Assembly (NCBI GenBank): GCA_963699755.1
Contig: CAVOVB010000002.1
Coordinates: forward strand, 384,001 to 448,000
Length of the DNA: 64,000 nt
Origin: an uncultured delta proteobacterium
GTDB taxonomy: Bacteria; Myxococcota_A; Polyangia; Polyangiales; Houyiibacteriaceae
Reading direction: 5' to 3'
The notes under the pieces were generated by a model, which saw only the letters and a program-made list of their open reading frames with translations, did no database searches and was not told the DNA's origin. This document shows, in pieces, positions 9,795-19,897 of the stretch (position 1 is the first letter of the stretch; each line of letters opens with the position of its first letter). Made by a program: the position numbers and the translations under genes.

Positions 9795-10639
9795 AGCTGC
9801 TCTACTTCGTCTCGGCGCTCTCGGTTGTATGCTGCTTCTTCGGGGCTCAATCGCCCCCCACGGCTGCGGCGCAGGGCGGAGAAACGCCGCACGCGCGCGC
9901 GCGTGAGCTTTTCAAAGAGGGTGTGGCGCTCGGCAAGTCGCAACGCTGGGCTGAGGCGCTCTCGGCGTTCCGCGATTCGGCCGAGCTGGTTCCGCGCGCG
10001 AGCACTTCCTACAACATCGCCAATGCCTTGTACCGTCTGGCACGCCCGGTGGAAGGGCTCGAGGAGCTCGACCGATTCGAGTCGATGTCCGAAGTGCTCA
10101 TCGACCCTGCAGCCCGTGAGCGTGGCGCAAGGCTTCGGGAGCTGCTCGAGAGCTCGGTGGCTGAGCTTCGCTTGGCGATCACGCCGGAACGCGCGGACGT
10201 GTTCGTCGACGGTCGGCTCAGGGCAGGCGCCGGACCCATTCGAGAGCTCCGACTGAATCCCGGTCGCCACTCGATCCGCATCAGTCATGAGGGATACGAG
10301 ACCTCCGTGCGAGAAATTCAAGCCAAGCGCGGCAGCCGAGAGGCGCAGACGATCGCCCTGAAACCCCGGACCCCAACGTCGCCTCCGGCCGTCGCCCTCA
10401 GCGGAGCAACCTTTTCGCCCGAGCCCAACGCGCTGAGCACCTCTCAAACGGGAGCTGAGCGCGACGACCGGAAGCGCTTCGTGAAGCGGCCCGGGTTCTG
10501 GGTCATGATCGGGGCCATTGCAGCGGCCGGCATTGGAGCCGGCCTGGCCGTGGCACTGGTGCGACGGGACGATGCGCCACCTTGCGGAACGACCGGAACC
10601 TGTGCGACGACCCAGGGGCTGACCCTACGCTCGTTCTGA
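9788..10639 (+). CDS. Exported TPR + PEGA domain protein with C-terminal TM
   Basis: Signal peptide; ARELFKEG/SYNIA TPR-like helices; PERADVFVDG..LNPGRHSIRISHEGY PEGA motif; overlaps kinase stop. Confidence 0.8.
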   Translation: MVKLLYFVSALSVVCCFFGAQSPPTAAAQGGETPHARARELFKEGVALGKSQRWAEALSAFRDSAELVPRASTSYNIANALYRLARPVEGLEELDRFESMSEVLIDPAARERGARLRELLESSVAELRLAITPERADVFVDGRLRAGAGPIRELRLNPGRHSIRISHEGYETSVREIQAKRGSREAQTIALKPRTPTSPPAVALSGATFSPEPNALSTSQTGAERDDRKRFVKRPGFWVMIGAIAAAGIGAGLAVALVRRDDAPPCGTTGTCATTQGLTLRSF

Positions 10640-10696
10640 GGGCTGATAGCACTCGAGCGGGCTGACATCGCCCGCAAAAGCTGATAGGGCCTAGCC

Positions 10697-11212
10697 ATGG
10701 CCAACCCGACTGCAACTTTCGAAACCTCCCTCGGCAACGTTGAAATCGAGCTTTTCACCGACCTCATGCCCAAGACAGCGGGTAACTTCATCGAGCTTGC
10801 CAAGAGCGGCTTCTATGACGGTCTGCATTTCCATCGGGTGATCGACGGATTCATGATCCAGTTCGGCTGCCCGCATAGTCGCGACCCGAGCAGCCCGCGC
10901 GCGGGCACCGGTGAAAGCCCGAAGGGCACCATCGAGGATGAGCATCCGGAGAATGCCAAGCTCTCGAACGAGCCGGGCACGCTATCGATGGCCAACACCG
11001 GCCGCCCGAACAGCGGTGGCTGCCAATTCTTCATCAACACCGTGCACAACGCCTATCTCGACTGGTTCAGCCCTGGGCCGTCCAAGCATCCAGTGTTCGG
11101 CAAAGTAACGAGCGGCATGGACGTCATCGAGAAGATCGAGTCCACCCGCACGGGCCCCGGCGACCGACCGATCACCCCGGTGCAGATGGTGAAGATCACC
11201 GTCCACGATTAG
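10697..11212 (+). CDS. Cyclophilin-type peptidyl-prolyl cis-trans isomerase
   Basis: [47 protein letters not shown]. Confidence 0.95.
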   Translation: MANPTATFETSLGNVEIELFTDLMPKTAGNFIELAKSGFYDGLHFHRVIDGFMIQFGCPHSRDPSSPRAGTGESPKGTIEDEHPENAKLSNEPGTLSMANTGRPNSGGCQFFINTVHNAYLDWFSPGPSKHPVFGKVTSGMDVIEKIESTRTGPGDRPITPVQMVKITVHD

Positions 11213-11218
11213 GCTGCG

Positions 11219-11858
11219 ATGAGAGCTTAATTCTGCTTCGTGTTCCTCGCTGCGATCGTTGCTAGCGCCTGCGGTGACGATTATGTTCCGCCGCCTTCGA
11301 CCGGCGGAACGGGTGGCACGGGGGGCACCGCGGGCACCCGGAGGAACGGGGGAAACGGGTGGCACGGGGGGCACCGCGGGAACGGGGGGAACGGGAGGCA
11401 TCGGGGGCACCGCGGGCACCGGAGGAATGGGGGGCATCGGTGGCGCCGGCGCAGCGGGCGGCGGCGGCTCGGGAGCGACAGGCGGAACGGCTTCGATGGG
11501 GGCCTGCGACAACCCGGACGACCTTGCGGCCCTGAGAGGCCTTGAACCTGGCGAGGCGCGTCAGACCGCTGCCGGCTGCGGCCTGCCTCCTTCCGTCTGT
11601 GCAACTCTGGTCACCATGGAGGACGCGTTCAAAGCGTGCGTCGACGACTGCGCTCGACGAGCTACCGGCGTGTCGGCCGAATGCTCCAGCTGCTATGGCG
11701 ATCTGGCCTGGTGCAGCCGCGAGCTCTGCTTGACGCCCTGCGCAGGCAACGCGTGCGTGCCGGACTGTTACATTTCCTGCCCGGGATATGCTGCGTGCCT
11801 CGATGCACTCAGTCAGTGCGCTGGCCGCGACGCGACCGACTGCGTCGGCGACACCTGA
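11219..11858 (+). pseudogene. Interrupted Gly/Thr-linker, Cys-rich lipoprotein gene
   Basis: ATG 11219, in-frame TAA 11228-11230, lipobox VASAC; extra C at 11337-11339 shifts the GGT linker and Cys-rich domain into another frame. Confidence 0.7.
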
Positions 11859-11867
11859 CCTCCGCTC

Positions 11868-12353
11868 TTAGGAGCCGCCCTTGCCTTGCCACCTGCTCTC
11901 GGTCAGCGTGAGGCCGTCGATCGACTTTCGCGGGACCATCTCTTCATAAGTGCGCTGATAACCGGTTTTGGAGATGCGCCAGATGCCGTCGTCGCCCTTC
12001 TGATACTCATCCTCGTAGAACGCCGCGCCCCGGATGGTCATCTCGAAGCTCGTGTCGATGACGTAGTCCTGCAGGCACCAGCGGCCGGTCGCATGCCGAT
12101 CATCGATGAAGTCAATCTCGGGTTGGCTTACGACGTGGCTCGAATGGAAGCTGTCGGCTCCCATGGCGCCCTGAAGGAACTTCATGATCGCGTCGCGGCT
12201 CTCGAAGGAGAACTTTCCGCCGCCATAGGCCGCTGTGGCGTCCTCGGTGAAGCAATCGCGGAGATCAGCCCACTGCTTCGTATCGAGACAACGCTGGTAT
12301 TTGTACTTCAGGCGTTTGATAGCCTCGAGATCGGCCCAGTTGATGTCCGCCAT
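11868..12353 (-). CDS. NTF2/SnoaL-like protein (BaiE/LinA-type dehydratase fold)
   Basis: AIKRLKYKYQRCLDTKQW, SSHVVSQPEI, ATGRWCLQD, YEDEY. Confidence 0.8.
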   Translation of the reverse strand: MADINWADLEAIKRLKYKYQRCLDTKQWADLRDCFTEDATAAYGGGKFSFESRDAIMKFLQGAMGADSFHSSHVVSQPEIDFIDDRHATGRWCLQDYVIDTSFEMTIRGAAFYEDEYQKGDDGIWRISKTGYQRTYEEMVPRKSIDGLTLTESRWQGKGGS

Positions 12354-12393
12354 CAGGCAACTCTAGGTGGGTTCGACATGGAACGCCATCCGC

Positions 12394-13530
12394 TCAAACG
12401 GTGACCTCGGCAAAGGACGGGTCGCTCGCGAAGCGGGCGACGTGGTGCTCCTGGTCGCCAAAAAGCGCGTTTAGAGCGTACATCCGCTTGAAGTAGAGGC
12501 CGATGTCGTGCTCGTCGGTGACGCCGATGCCGCCGTGGAGCTGGAGCGACTGCTGTGCCACCCAGATTCCGCCTGTCGCAAGCTGGTATTTTGCCGCAGA
12601 CACGTCGCGCCGGCGCGCGCTTGCGTCGTCTTCGTCGACGCGGACCATCGCCGCCATCGAGATCGAGCGCAAGAGCTCGGTTTCAGCATACATGTCGACG
12701 GCGCGATGCTGGAGCGCCTGAAACGAACCGATCTTGACACCGAACTGCTCGCGGGTGCCGAGGTAGTCGACCGTCATTTGAAGCATCGTCGCGGTGATCC
12801 CGACGCCTTCTGCGACAGCCGCCGCGGCTGCGTAGTCCATCGTACGGTCGAGCAGGTCGGCGCCTGCGCCTTCCTCACCCAGACGAGAATCCCCACCCAC
12901 CTCGACTTCGTCGAATCGGATGAAGGCAGCCTTATGACCGTCAATCGTCTTCGCTGCCGTAACGTGTACGCCATCCGCATTACGCGGCACGACGAAAAGC
13001 GTGATGCCGCCAGGAGCCTTCGCCGACACGATCAGCTGATCGGCGTGATGCCCATTGAGAACCCAGACCTTCTCACCGGAGAGCTTATAGCCGTTGCTGT
13101 CTGGCCTTGCCGTCGTATCGACGGAGCTCACGTCGTACCGGCTCTGCGCCTCGGAGTATGCAAGCGCCAAGGTGGTTTCGCCCTCGATCATCGGCGTGAG
13201 GTATGCCTCATGCTGTGCAGCGTTGCCCGCGCGCGCCAAGGTCATCCCACCAAGCACGACCGAAGCTAGATAGGGCTCCGGAACGAGCGTGCTCGCGAGG
13301 CTCTCTAGAATGATGGCACAGTCGATGAAGCTGCCACCAAAGCCACCGACCGACTCGGGGAACGGAACGCCCATCCAACCGAGCTCGCCCATCTTGCGCC
13401 ACACGCCGGGGTCGTAGCCCACGGAGCTGTCACGGAGCTGACGGAACCGAGCGACGGGCGATTCGTTCCTGGCGAAATCGCTGACCGTCTTGGCGAGCAT
13501 TTGTTGATCTTGATCGAGCTCGAAGTCCAT
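12394..13530 (-). CDS. Acyl-CoA dehydrogenase (likely non-catalytic partner subunit)
   Basis: REQFGVKIGSFQALQHR, QLHGGIGVTDE; no C-terminal YGG.NE motif. Confidence 0.88.
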   Translation of the reverse strand: MDFELDQDQQMLAKTVSDFARNESPVARFRQLRDSSVGYDPGVWRKMGELGWMGVPFPESVGGFGGSFIDCAIILESLASTLVPEPYLASVVLGGMTLARAGNAAQHEAYLTPMIEGETTLALAYSEAQSRYDVSSVDTTARPDSNGYKLSGEKVWVLNGHHADQLIVSAKAPGGITLFVVPRNADGVHVTAAKTIDGHKAAFIRFDEVEVGGDSRLGEEGAGADLLDRTMDYAAAAAVAEGVGITATMLQMTVDYLGTREQFGVKIGSFQALQHRAVDMYAETELLRSISMAAMVRVDEDDASARRRDVSAAKYQLATGGIWVAQQSLQLHGGIGVTDEHDIGLYFKRMYALNALFGDQEHHVARFASDPSFAEVTV

Positions 13531-13562
13531 TTCTCGAAATCCTCCTAGATCCGTTTCACCGT

Positions 13563-14741
13563 TCAGCTGCTAGGCAGCTGGAGGATCATCTTTGCGATCA
13601 CGTTGCGTTGAATCTCGTTCGAGCCGCCGTAGATCGTTGCCGCCCGCTCGTAGCAGAAATAGGGGCCTATCGATTCTTCCAAAGGAGGACAGAGGCCCTC
13701 GTTGTACCAGGTGAGAGAGCTCTCCCCCATCACCTCCATGGCAAGCTCGGTGAGCTCTTGGATCAGCTTGGTCCCGACGACTTTGAGGATCGAAGACTCC
13801 GGACCCGGCATTTTCCCCTTCTGCTGGTCGGCCAGCGCCCGGTAGCTAACCATGGTGTGGGCGCGGAACCGCATCTCGAGCCGGGCAATCTTTGCGCGCC
13901 ACACCGGGTCCTCCAACATCGGCCGTCCGTTGACGGTCCTGCTGGCGGCGATGCGCTTCACCTTCTGAAGAGCGTTCTGCGAGGGCCCGATCATCGCGAG
14001 CAAGGTTCGTTCATGACCAAGAAGCGCCTTGGCCATGGTCCAGCCTTGATTGATGCCGCCGACCACGTTCTCCTTTGGCACCTTCACGTTGTCGAAGAAG
14101 GTGTCGCAAAAGGCCGGAGTGTGTCCAAGGGTCAGCATGGGTTTCACCTCCACGCCCGGCGTCTTGAGGTCGATCAAGAGGAAGGTGATCCCGGATTGTT
14201 TCTTCACGGACGGGTCGGTCCGCACCAGGCAGAAGATCCAGTCCGCGTATTGCGCGTACGAGGTCCAGGTCTTCTGACCGTTGACGATGAAGTGATCGCC
14301 CGCGTTCTCGGCCGTCGTGCGGAGCGACGCGAGGTCACTTCCCGAGCCAGGCTCCGAGTAGCCCTGGCACCAGAATTCCTCGCCGCTCAGAATCTTCGGA
14401 AGGAATCGCTTCTTTTGCGCGTCGGTTCCGAAGCTGATGAGCAGGGGGCCGACCATCGATAGACCGAAGACCGAAAGAGGCGGGGCGCCGGCCAGCTCCA
14501 TCTCCTCGTTGAAGATGAAACGCCGGGCGGCATCCCAACCCGTCCCGCCGACTTCCTTGGGCCAATGCGGTGCGGCCCAACCCTTTTTGTGGAGAATGCG
14601 GTGCCAGGTGGCGGAGTCCTCTGGGGTGAACCCTCCTGCTCCGCGCGCCTTTTCGCGCATGTCCTCCGGCATCGCTTTCGGAATCCAGGCGCGAACCTCC
14701 TGGCGGAAAGCCTCTTCTTCTTCGGTGAACGTCAGGTCCAT
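13563..14741 (-). CDS. Acyl-CoA dehydrogenase
   Basis: WCQGYSEPGSGSDLA, NGQKTWTS, TIYGGSNEIQRN. Confidence 0.92.
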   Translation of the reverse strand: MDLTFTEEEEAFRQEVRAWIPKAMPEDMREKARGAGGFTPEDSATWHRILHKKGWAAPHWPKEVGGTGWDAARRFIFNEEMELAGAPPLSVFGLSMVGPLLISFGTDAQKKRFLPKILSGEEFWCQGYSEPGSGSDLASLRTTAENAGDHFIVNGQKTWTSYAQYADWIFCLVRTDPSVKKQSGITFLLIDLKTPGVEVKPMLTLGHTPAFCDTFFDNVKVPKENVVGGINQGWTMAKALLGHERTLLAMIGPSQNALQKVKRIAASRTVNGRPMLEDPVWRAKIARLEMRFRAHTMVSYRALADQQKGKMPGPESSILKVVGTKLIQELTELAMEVMGESSLTWYNEGLCPPLEESIGPYFCYERAATIYGGSNEIQRNVIAKMILQLPSS

Positions 14742-14989
14742 GGCCCTAGAGGTGACACAGACAGCAGCCAAACACCAACCTGTACGAATGCAGGCGAACC
14801 CTGTAGGAACCTTCGCGGCGTTCTCTGGCTCGTACCACCGTTCCGCTGGGCATCATCGTGGGCGAGTGGGCACGCCACCGTGTCGACGAGCATCGCTTCA
14901 AGATGGCGGTCTCAGCGCTCCTCATCGCTGCTGCAATCTCACTGAGCGTACGATATAGTGCGCAGCTGCTCTAGCCCCGGAGAGAACGA

Positions 14990-16744
14990 ATGTACGATCT
15001 TAAAATCGTAGGTGGAACGATCGTCGACGGTAGCGGAAACGAGCGACGCCGCGGCGACGTCGGCATCAAGGATGGTAAGATCGTCGACGTGGGCAAGTGC
15101 GACGGCAGCGCGACCGAGACGATCGACGCAAACGGCGCGATCGTGGCCCCGGGTTTCGTGGACATCCATACGCACTACGACGGGCAAATCAGCTGGGACG
15201 CGGACCTCGCGCCTTCATCGATTCACGGCGTCACCACCTGCGCGATGGGCAGCTGCGGAGTCGGCTTCGCCCCGGTTCGGCCGACCGACCATGCCAAGCT
15301 GGTCGAGCTGATGGAAGGCGTCGAAGACATCCCGGGCACGGCCCTCGCTGAAGGGATCAGCTGGGGCTGGGAGACCTTTCCCGAATACATGGATGTCCTC
15401 GACCGCATGCCGCACACGATCGATTTCCTCGCGCATGTCCCACACGACGCGCTTCGTGTGTACGTGATGGGCGACCGGGCGGTGCACGACGAGGTTGCGA
15501 CTGACGACGACATCGCCCAAATGCGAGGCTTGCTCCGCGAATCTCTCGAAGCGGGCGCGGTCGGTTTCAGTACGGGCCGAAGTGACAATCACCGGAGCGC
15601 GCTCGGCGACTGGACCCCTGCCTCGGAAGCGGGTGGCAGGGAGCTGGCCGGGATCGCGGGGGCGTTCCAAGGGCTGAGCTACGGCGTCTTGCAAGCGGTG
15701 AGCGACTTCAACATCTTGCACGGCGACGATCATTTCGACGCCGAGTGGGGCGTGCTCGAACAAATGCTGGGCGCCGCCGGCGGAAGGCCGATGAGCGTCT
15801 CCACGATGCAGCGTGACCACAGCCCGGAGCAGTGGAAGTGGATCCTCGACCGTGCGTCGCAAGCAAACGAAGCGGGTCATGAGGTCCGCTGCCAGGTGGG
15901 TGCCCGCGGTATCGGAGTGATGTTGGGCCTCCAGGCGACTTTCCATCCCTTCATGGGCTTCCCGAGCTACAAGGCGATCAGCCATCTGCCGTTCGCCGAG
16001 CGCGTGATCGCCATGCGCAACCCGCAGCTGAAGGCCCGCATGATCGCGGAGAAGAGCGAGCCGGTTGCCGGTGACGGCAGCATGCTCCCACCGCTCGCCG
16101 ACTATTTCCTCTCGAATCTCGACATGGTCGCCATGCGCTTGTTTCGGCTAGGCGAGAAGCCCAACTACGAGCCGTCCGCAATGGATAGCTTCGGCGCCGC
16201 CGCGATGGGCCGAGGCGAGCCCGTGCTCGGCCTGATCTACGACGCCATGCTCGAGCAGGAAGGCAAAGCGCTTCTTTACTTTCCCGTCTACAACTACGCA
16301 GGGATGAACCTCGACGTGGTACACGAGATGCTCACCCATCCCCTCGCCCTCCCAGGCTTGAGCGACGGAGGCGCACACGTAGGTACGATCTGTGATGCGA
16401 GCTTCACGACGTTTCTGATGACGCACTGGGCACGCGACCGAGACCACGGCCGAATTCCACTCGAACGCGTCATTCAGATGCAGGCGTACGACACCGCGCG
16501 CTTCCTCGGCTTGAGCGATCGCGGCCTTCTCGCCCGAGGACGGCGTGCCGACATCAACATCATCGACTTCGACAACCTCGAGCTCCTGCCCCCTACAATG
16601 CTCGAGGACTTGCCGGCCGGCGGTCAGCGCCTGATGCAACACGCGAAGGGCTACGTAGCAACCCTGGTGAAAGGCGAGGCCATCACCAGGGACGGCAAGC
16701 TCACGGGCGCGAGACCGGGTCGGCTCGTTCGGGCGGGTCGCTGA
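14990..16744 (+). CDS. N-acyl-D-amino acid deacylase family amidohydrolase
   Basis: PGFVDIHTHYD, GSCGVGFAP, SDGGAH; GGAGA RBS. Confidence 0.85.
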   Translation: MYDLKIVGGTIVDGSGNERRRGDVGIKDGKIVDVGKCDGSATETIDANGAIVAPGFVDIHTHYDGQISWDADLAPSSIHGVTTCAMGSCGVGFAPVRPTDHAKLVELMEGVEDIPGTALAEGISWGWETFPEYMDVLDRMPHTIDFLAHVPHDALRVYVMGDRAVHDEVATDDDIAQMRGLLRESLEAGAVGFSTGRSDNHRSALGDWTPASEAGGRELAGIAGAFQGLSYGVLQAVSDFNILHGDDHFDAEWGVLEQMLGAAGGRPMSVSTMQRDHSPEQWKWILDRASQANEAGHEVRCQVGARGIGVMLGLQATFHPFMGFPSYKAISHLPFAERVIAMRNPQLKARMIAEKSEPVAGDGSMLPPLADYFLSNLDMVAMRLFRLGEKPNYEPSAMDSFGAAAMGRGEPVLGLIYDAMLEQEGKALLYFPVYNYAGMNLDVVHEMLTHPLALPGLSDGGAHVGTICDASFTTFLMTHWARDRDHGRIPLERVIQMQAYDTARFLGLSDRGLLARGRRADINIIDFDNLELLPPTMLEDLPAGGQRLMQHAKGYVATLVKGEAITRDGKLTGARPGRLVRAGR

Positions 16745-16937
16745 GATGGGCGACTTGCACGACTTTGCTAGAGTGGCGTTGTCCTTGATCGCGGTAGACT
16801 TCGACGAGTTCGGCGAGCCCTTGAAGGTCGTCGACGCCCGCAACGGCCCATAGCGCAATCGCCGAGCGCGGCTCTGCATTCCATGCGGAACACGCAGACC
16901 TGGGCTAGGCTTCGCCGCAGCACGAGGAGGCAGGTCC

Positions 16938-17405
16938 ATGGCGATTATACGCTCGTTGATGAAGACCGAGATGGTCACGATAGAGCCCGACGCTCTGGTG
17001 TCGGACGCTGCGCGCCTGATGGCACAGAACCAGGTAGGCGCGGTTCTGGTCGTCGAGGGGGGCGCGATGAAAGGCATCGTCTCAGAACGCGATGTGGTGA
17101 CCCGTGTCGTCGCCGAGGGCAAAGACCCGAGCACGACGAAAGTGTCTGAGATCGCGACCACCGCGGTCGTCGATGTAGACGTCGACACCCACGTACGCAA
17201 ATGCGCGGAGCTGCAATTCGCGATGGGCGTGCGACATCTGCCGGTGACGGAGAACGGAAAGCCCGTGGGGATTCTGTCGAGCCGCGATTTCCTCGCCTAC
17301 GTCGTCGAGGGCCTAGAAAAGGTCATCGACAAGATCGGCTACGAGGAAGCGCTTGGTAAAGGCGAAGACCCCTACGACCACATCGGCGGTTCCTACGGCA
17401 AGTGA
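16938..17405 (+). CDS. CBS-domain-pair protein
   Basis: GIVSERD and RHLPV..GILSSRD; GAGGAGG RBS. Confidence 0.88.
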   Translation: MAIIRSLMKTEMVTIEPDALVSDAARLMAQNQVGAVLVVEGGAMKGIVSERDVVTRVVAEGKDPSTTKVSEIATTAVVDVDVDTHVRKCAELQFAMGVRHLPVTENGKPVGILSSRDFLAYVVEGLEKVIDKIGYEEALGKGEDPYDHIGGSYGK

Positions 17406-17458
17406 CCCACTGATCGGCGCTGGCGCTCAGATTGGCATGAAGCCACAGTTGTGAAGCT

Positions 17459-19825
17459 GTGAAGGCCCTCGATCGCAAGCTCTTTCGCGAAGTAGCTCGC
17501 CTGCGTGGACAGGCGTTGACCATCGCCGTCGTAGTTGCATCGGGCGTGGCCTGCTACATCGCCCTTCAAAGCGCTTGGCGTGCACTCTACCAATCTCGCG
17601 ACCTCTACTACGAAACGAATCGGTTCGCCGATGTGTTCGTGCACCTGGAGCGAGCCCCGAAGTCGGTAGCCGGTCAAGTCGCGGAGCTCCCGGGGGTGGC
17701 CCAGGCCTATCCTCGAATCGTGGAGCAAGTACGCTTGCCGATGGACGATCTGATTTCGCCTGCGCGAGGTGACCTCATCTCGGTCCCGTCGACGGGGAAG
17801 GCCCCCCTCAATGGCTTGGTCCTTCGTGCGGGGCGCAACCTGGAACCGGGGCGGTACGACGAGGTGCTGATCAATGAGCCATTCGCTGAGGCCCACGGGC
17901 TCGAGCCCGGCGATCAGCTCCGTGCGGTCATCAATGGGAAACTTCGAGAGCTCCTGATCGTCGGACACGCTCTCTCTCCGGAGTACGTGTTTGCAGTCGA
18001 CACTGGCCTGCTCATGCCCGATGACGCGCGCTTCACGCCTTTGTGGATGCTCGAAGATGCGATCGCGGCGGCCTACCAAATGGAGGGGGCCTTCAACGAC
18101 CTGTCCGTGAAGCTCGAACCGGGCGCAAACGAAGATGCCGTCCTGAGCGCAATCGATCGTGTGCTCAAACCCTACGGTGGGCTTGGCGCTATCGTTCGGG
18201 CTCATCAGCTTTCCCATTCGATCCTCACGAGCGAAATACAAGGGATCGAAACACTGGTCATCTTTCTGCCGGGCGTTTTTCTCGGCGTGGCGGCGTTCCT
18301 GTTGAACGTGGTGTTCGGTCGCCTCGTCGCCTTGCAGCGTCCGCAAATCGCCGTGCTCAAAGCGATGGGGTATCGCAACACGACCATCGCCGTGCACTAC
18401 TTCAAGATGGTCGCCGTCATCGTCAGCTTTGGGGCATTGATCGGACTCGGGCTCGGAGTCTGGTTGGGCAAAGGCATGCTCGCGATGTACGCGGAGTTCT
18501 TTCGTCTTCCCCAGTTGCCGCAGCGTGTCGAGCTGACCGTCAGCGCGAACGCGATTCTCTTCAGCCTACTTGCCGGCGCCCTCGGCGCGTCGCTTGCCGT
18601 TCGCGCAGCTGTGCTCCTCCCCCCGGCGGCCGCGATGCGACCTCCGGCACCGGCAACATACAAGACTGCGGCGATCGAGCGCTGGGGGATCACCCACTGG
18701 TTCAATCAGACGACTTTGATGGTGTTCCGCGAAATCTGGCGCCGTCCGGGACGTACGGGCCTTTCTTCCCTCGGCATCGCGCTCGCGCTTTCGATCGTGA
18801 TCCTCGGGCGATTTGGGTACGACGCGTACGGTCCGATGATGATGGTTCAGTTCGAGCGGCAGCAGCGTGAGGACCTCACGGTGAGCTTCGTCGACGCGAT
18901 GCCCCAGCGGAGTCTCGGCTACCTGGCTCACGTACCGGGTGTCGAAGAGGTCGAAGGGATACGGTCGACCGCGGTGCGGATGCGATCGGGCCATCGCTGG
19001 CGGGACACGGTCCTCTTGGGCATTTCCGAGGGCGCTCGGCTACGCCAGCTTTTCGACCTCGACTTCAAGCACGTTCCCATCCCCAACGAAGGAGTTCTTC
19101 TCACCAGCGTTCTGGCAGACATCCTGGGGGTCAAAGAGGGAGACGTGATCGAGATCGAGCTCAAAGAAGGCGACCGCGGCAATCGCGAGCTCACGGTCGC
19201 TGGCCGCATCGAAGAGGGGTTCGGCCTTCAAGGGTACACGTCGAAGGCGAGCCTCCACCGCTTGCTCCGCGAAGCCCCGCGTTTCTCATCAGCCCTTCTG
19301 CGCATCGATGCACCCGCGGAGAGCGAAGTTCAGTCACGGCTAAACGACATCCCGGCCATCCAGGCGGTGTCGAGAAAGAGAGATGCCATTGCTAGCTTCG
19401 AAAAACAGACCGACAAAACCATGAAGGTGATGACCTTCATCATGACATTGTTCGCAACGGCGATCGCCATCTCCATCGTCTACAACAACGCACGCGTCAG
19501 CGTGTCCATGAGGGGACGGGACTTGGCCACCCTGCGGGTCCTCGGATTTACCCGTGCCGAGATCTCGGCGATTCTCCTCGGTGAGCAGGCCGTCCAAATC
19601 GCGATTGCGATTCCGTTGGGGCTCATCCTCGGAACGCTCGGCGCCAAAGCTTTGATTGCTTCCTGGGCCGACCCGGAGATCTTCCGCATTCCATTCATCA
19701 TTTCGGACCAAACCTACGCCTTTTCCGTCGCGGTAGTCCTCGCCTCGGGTATCGCCAGCGCGCTCTTGGTCCGAAGAAAGCTCGATCGCTTGGACCTGAT
19801 CGGGGTTTTGAAAACGAGAGAGTGA
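17459..19825 (+). CDS. ABC transporter permease, MacB/FtsX family (two repeats)
   Basis: LDRKLFRE N-terminus, IAVLKAMGY and LATLRVLGF motifs, several TM segments, ends LDLIGVLKTRE. Confidence 0.88.
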   Translation: MKALDRKLFREVARLRGQALTIAVVVASGVACYIALQSAWRALYQSRDLYYETNRFADVFVHLERAPKSVAGQVAELPGVAQAYPRIVEQVRLPMDDLISPARGDLISVPSTGKAPLNGLVLRAGRNLEPGRYDEVLINEPFAEAHGLEPGDQLRAVINGKLRELLIVGHALSPEYVFAVDTGLLMPDDARFTPLWMLEDAIAAAYQMEGAFNDLSVKLEPGANEDAVLSAIDRVLKPYGGLGAIVRAHQLSHSILTSEIQGIETLVIFLPGVFLGVAAFLLNVVFGRLVALQRPQIAVLKAMGYRNTTIAVHYFKMVAVIVSFGALIGLGLGVWLGKGMLAMYAEFFRLPQLPQRVELTVSANAILFSLLAGALGASLAVRAAVLLPPAAAMRPPAPATYKTAAIERWGITHWFNQTTLMVFREIWRRPGRTGLSSLGIALALSIVILGRFGYDAYGPMMMVQFERQQREDLTVSFVDAMPQRSLGYLAHVPGVEEVEGIRSTAVRMRSGHRWRDTVLLGISEGARLRQLFDLDFKHVPIPNEGVLLTSVLADILGVKEGDVIEIELKEGDRGNRELTVAGRIEEGFGLQGYTSKASLHRLLREAPRFSSALLRIDAPAESEVQSRLNDIPAIQAVSRKRDAIASFEKQTDKTMKVMTFIMTLFATAIAISIVYNNARVSVSMRGRDLATLRVLGFTRAEISAILLGEQAVQIAIAIPLGLILGTLGAKALIASWADPEIFRIPFIISDQTYAFSVAVVLASGIASALLVRRKLDRLDLIGVLKTRE

Positions 19826-19897
19826 ACGCCGACGTCGCCTGGGACCTGGGCTCAAGAGATGGTCCAGGATCCGGATCGGAGCGGGAAGCGTGGTGTT

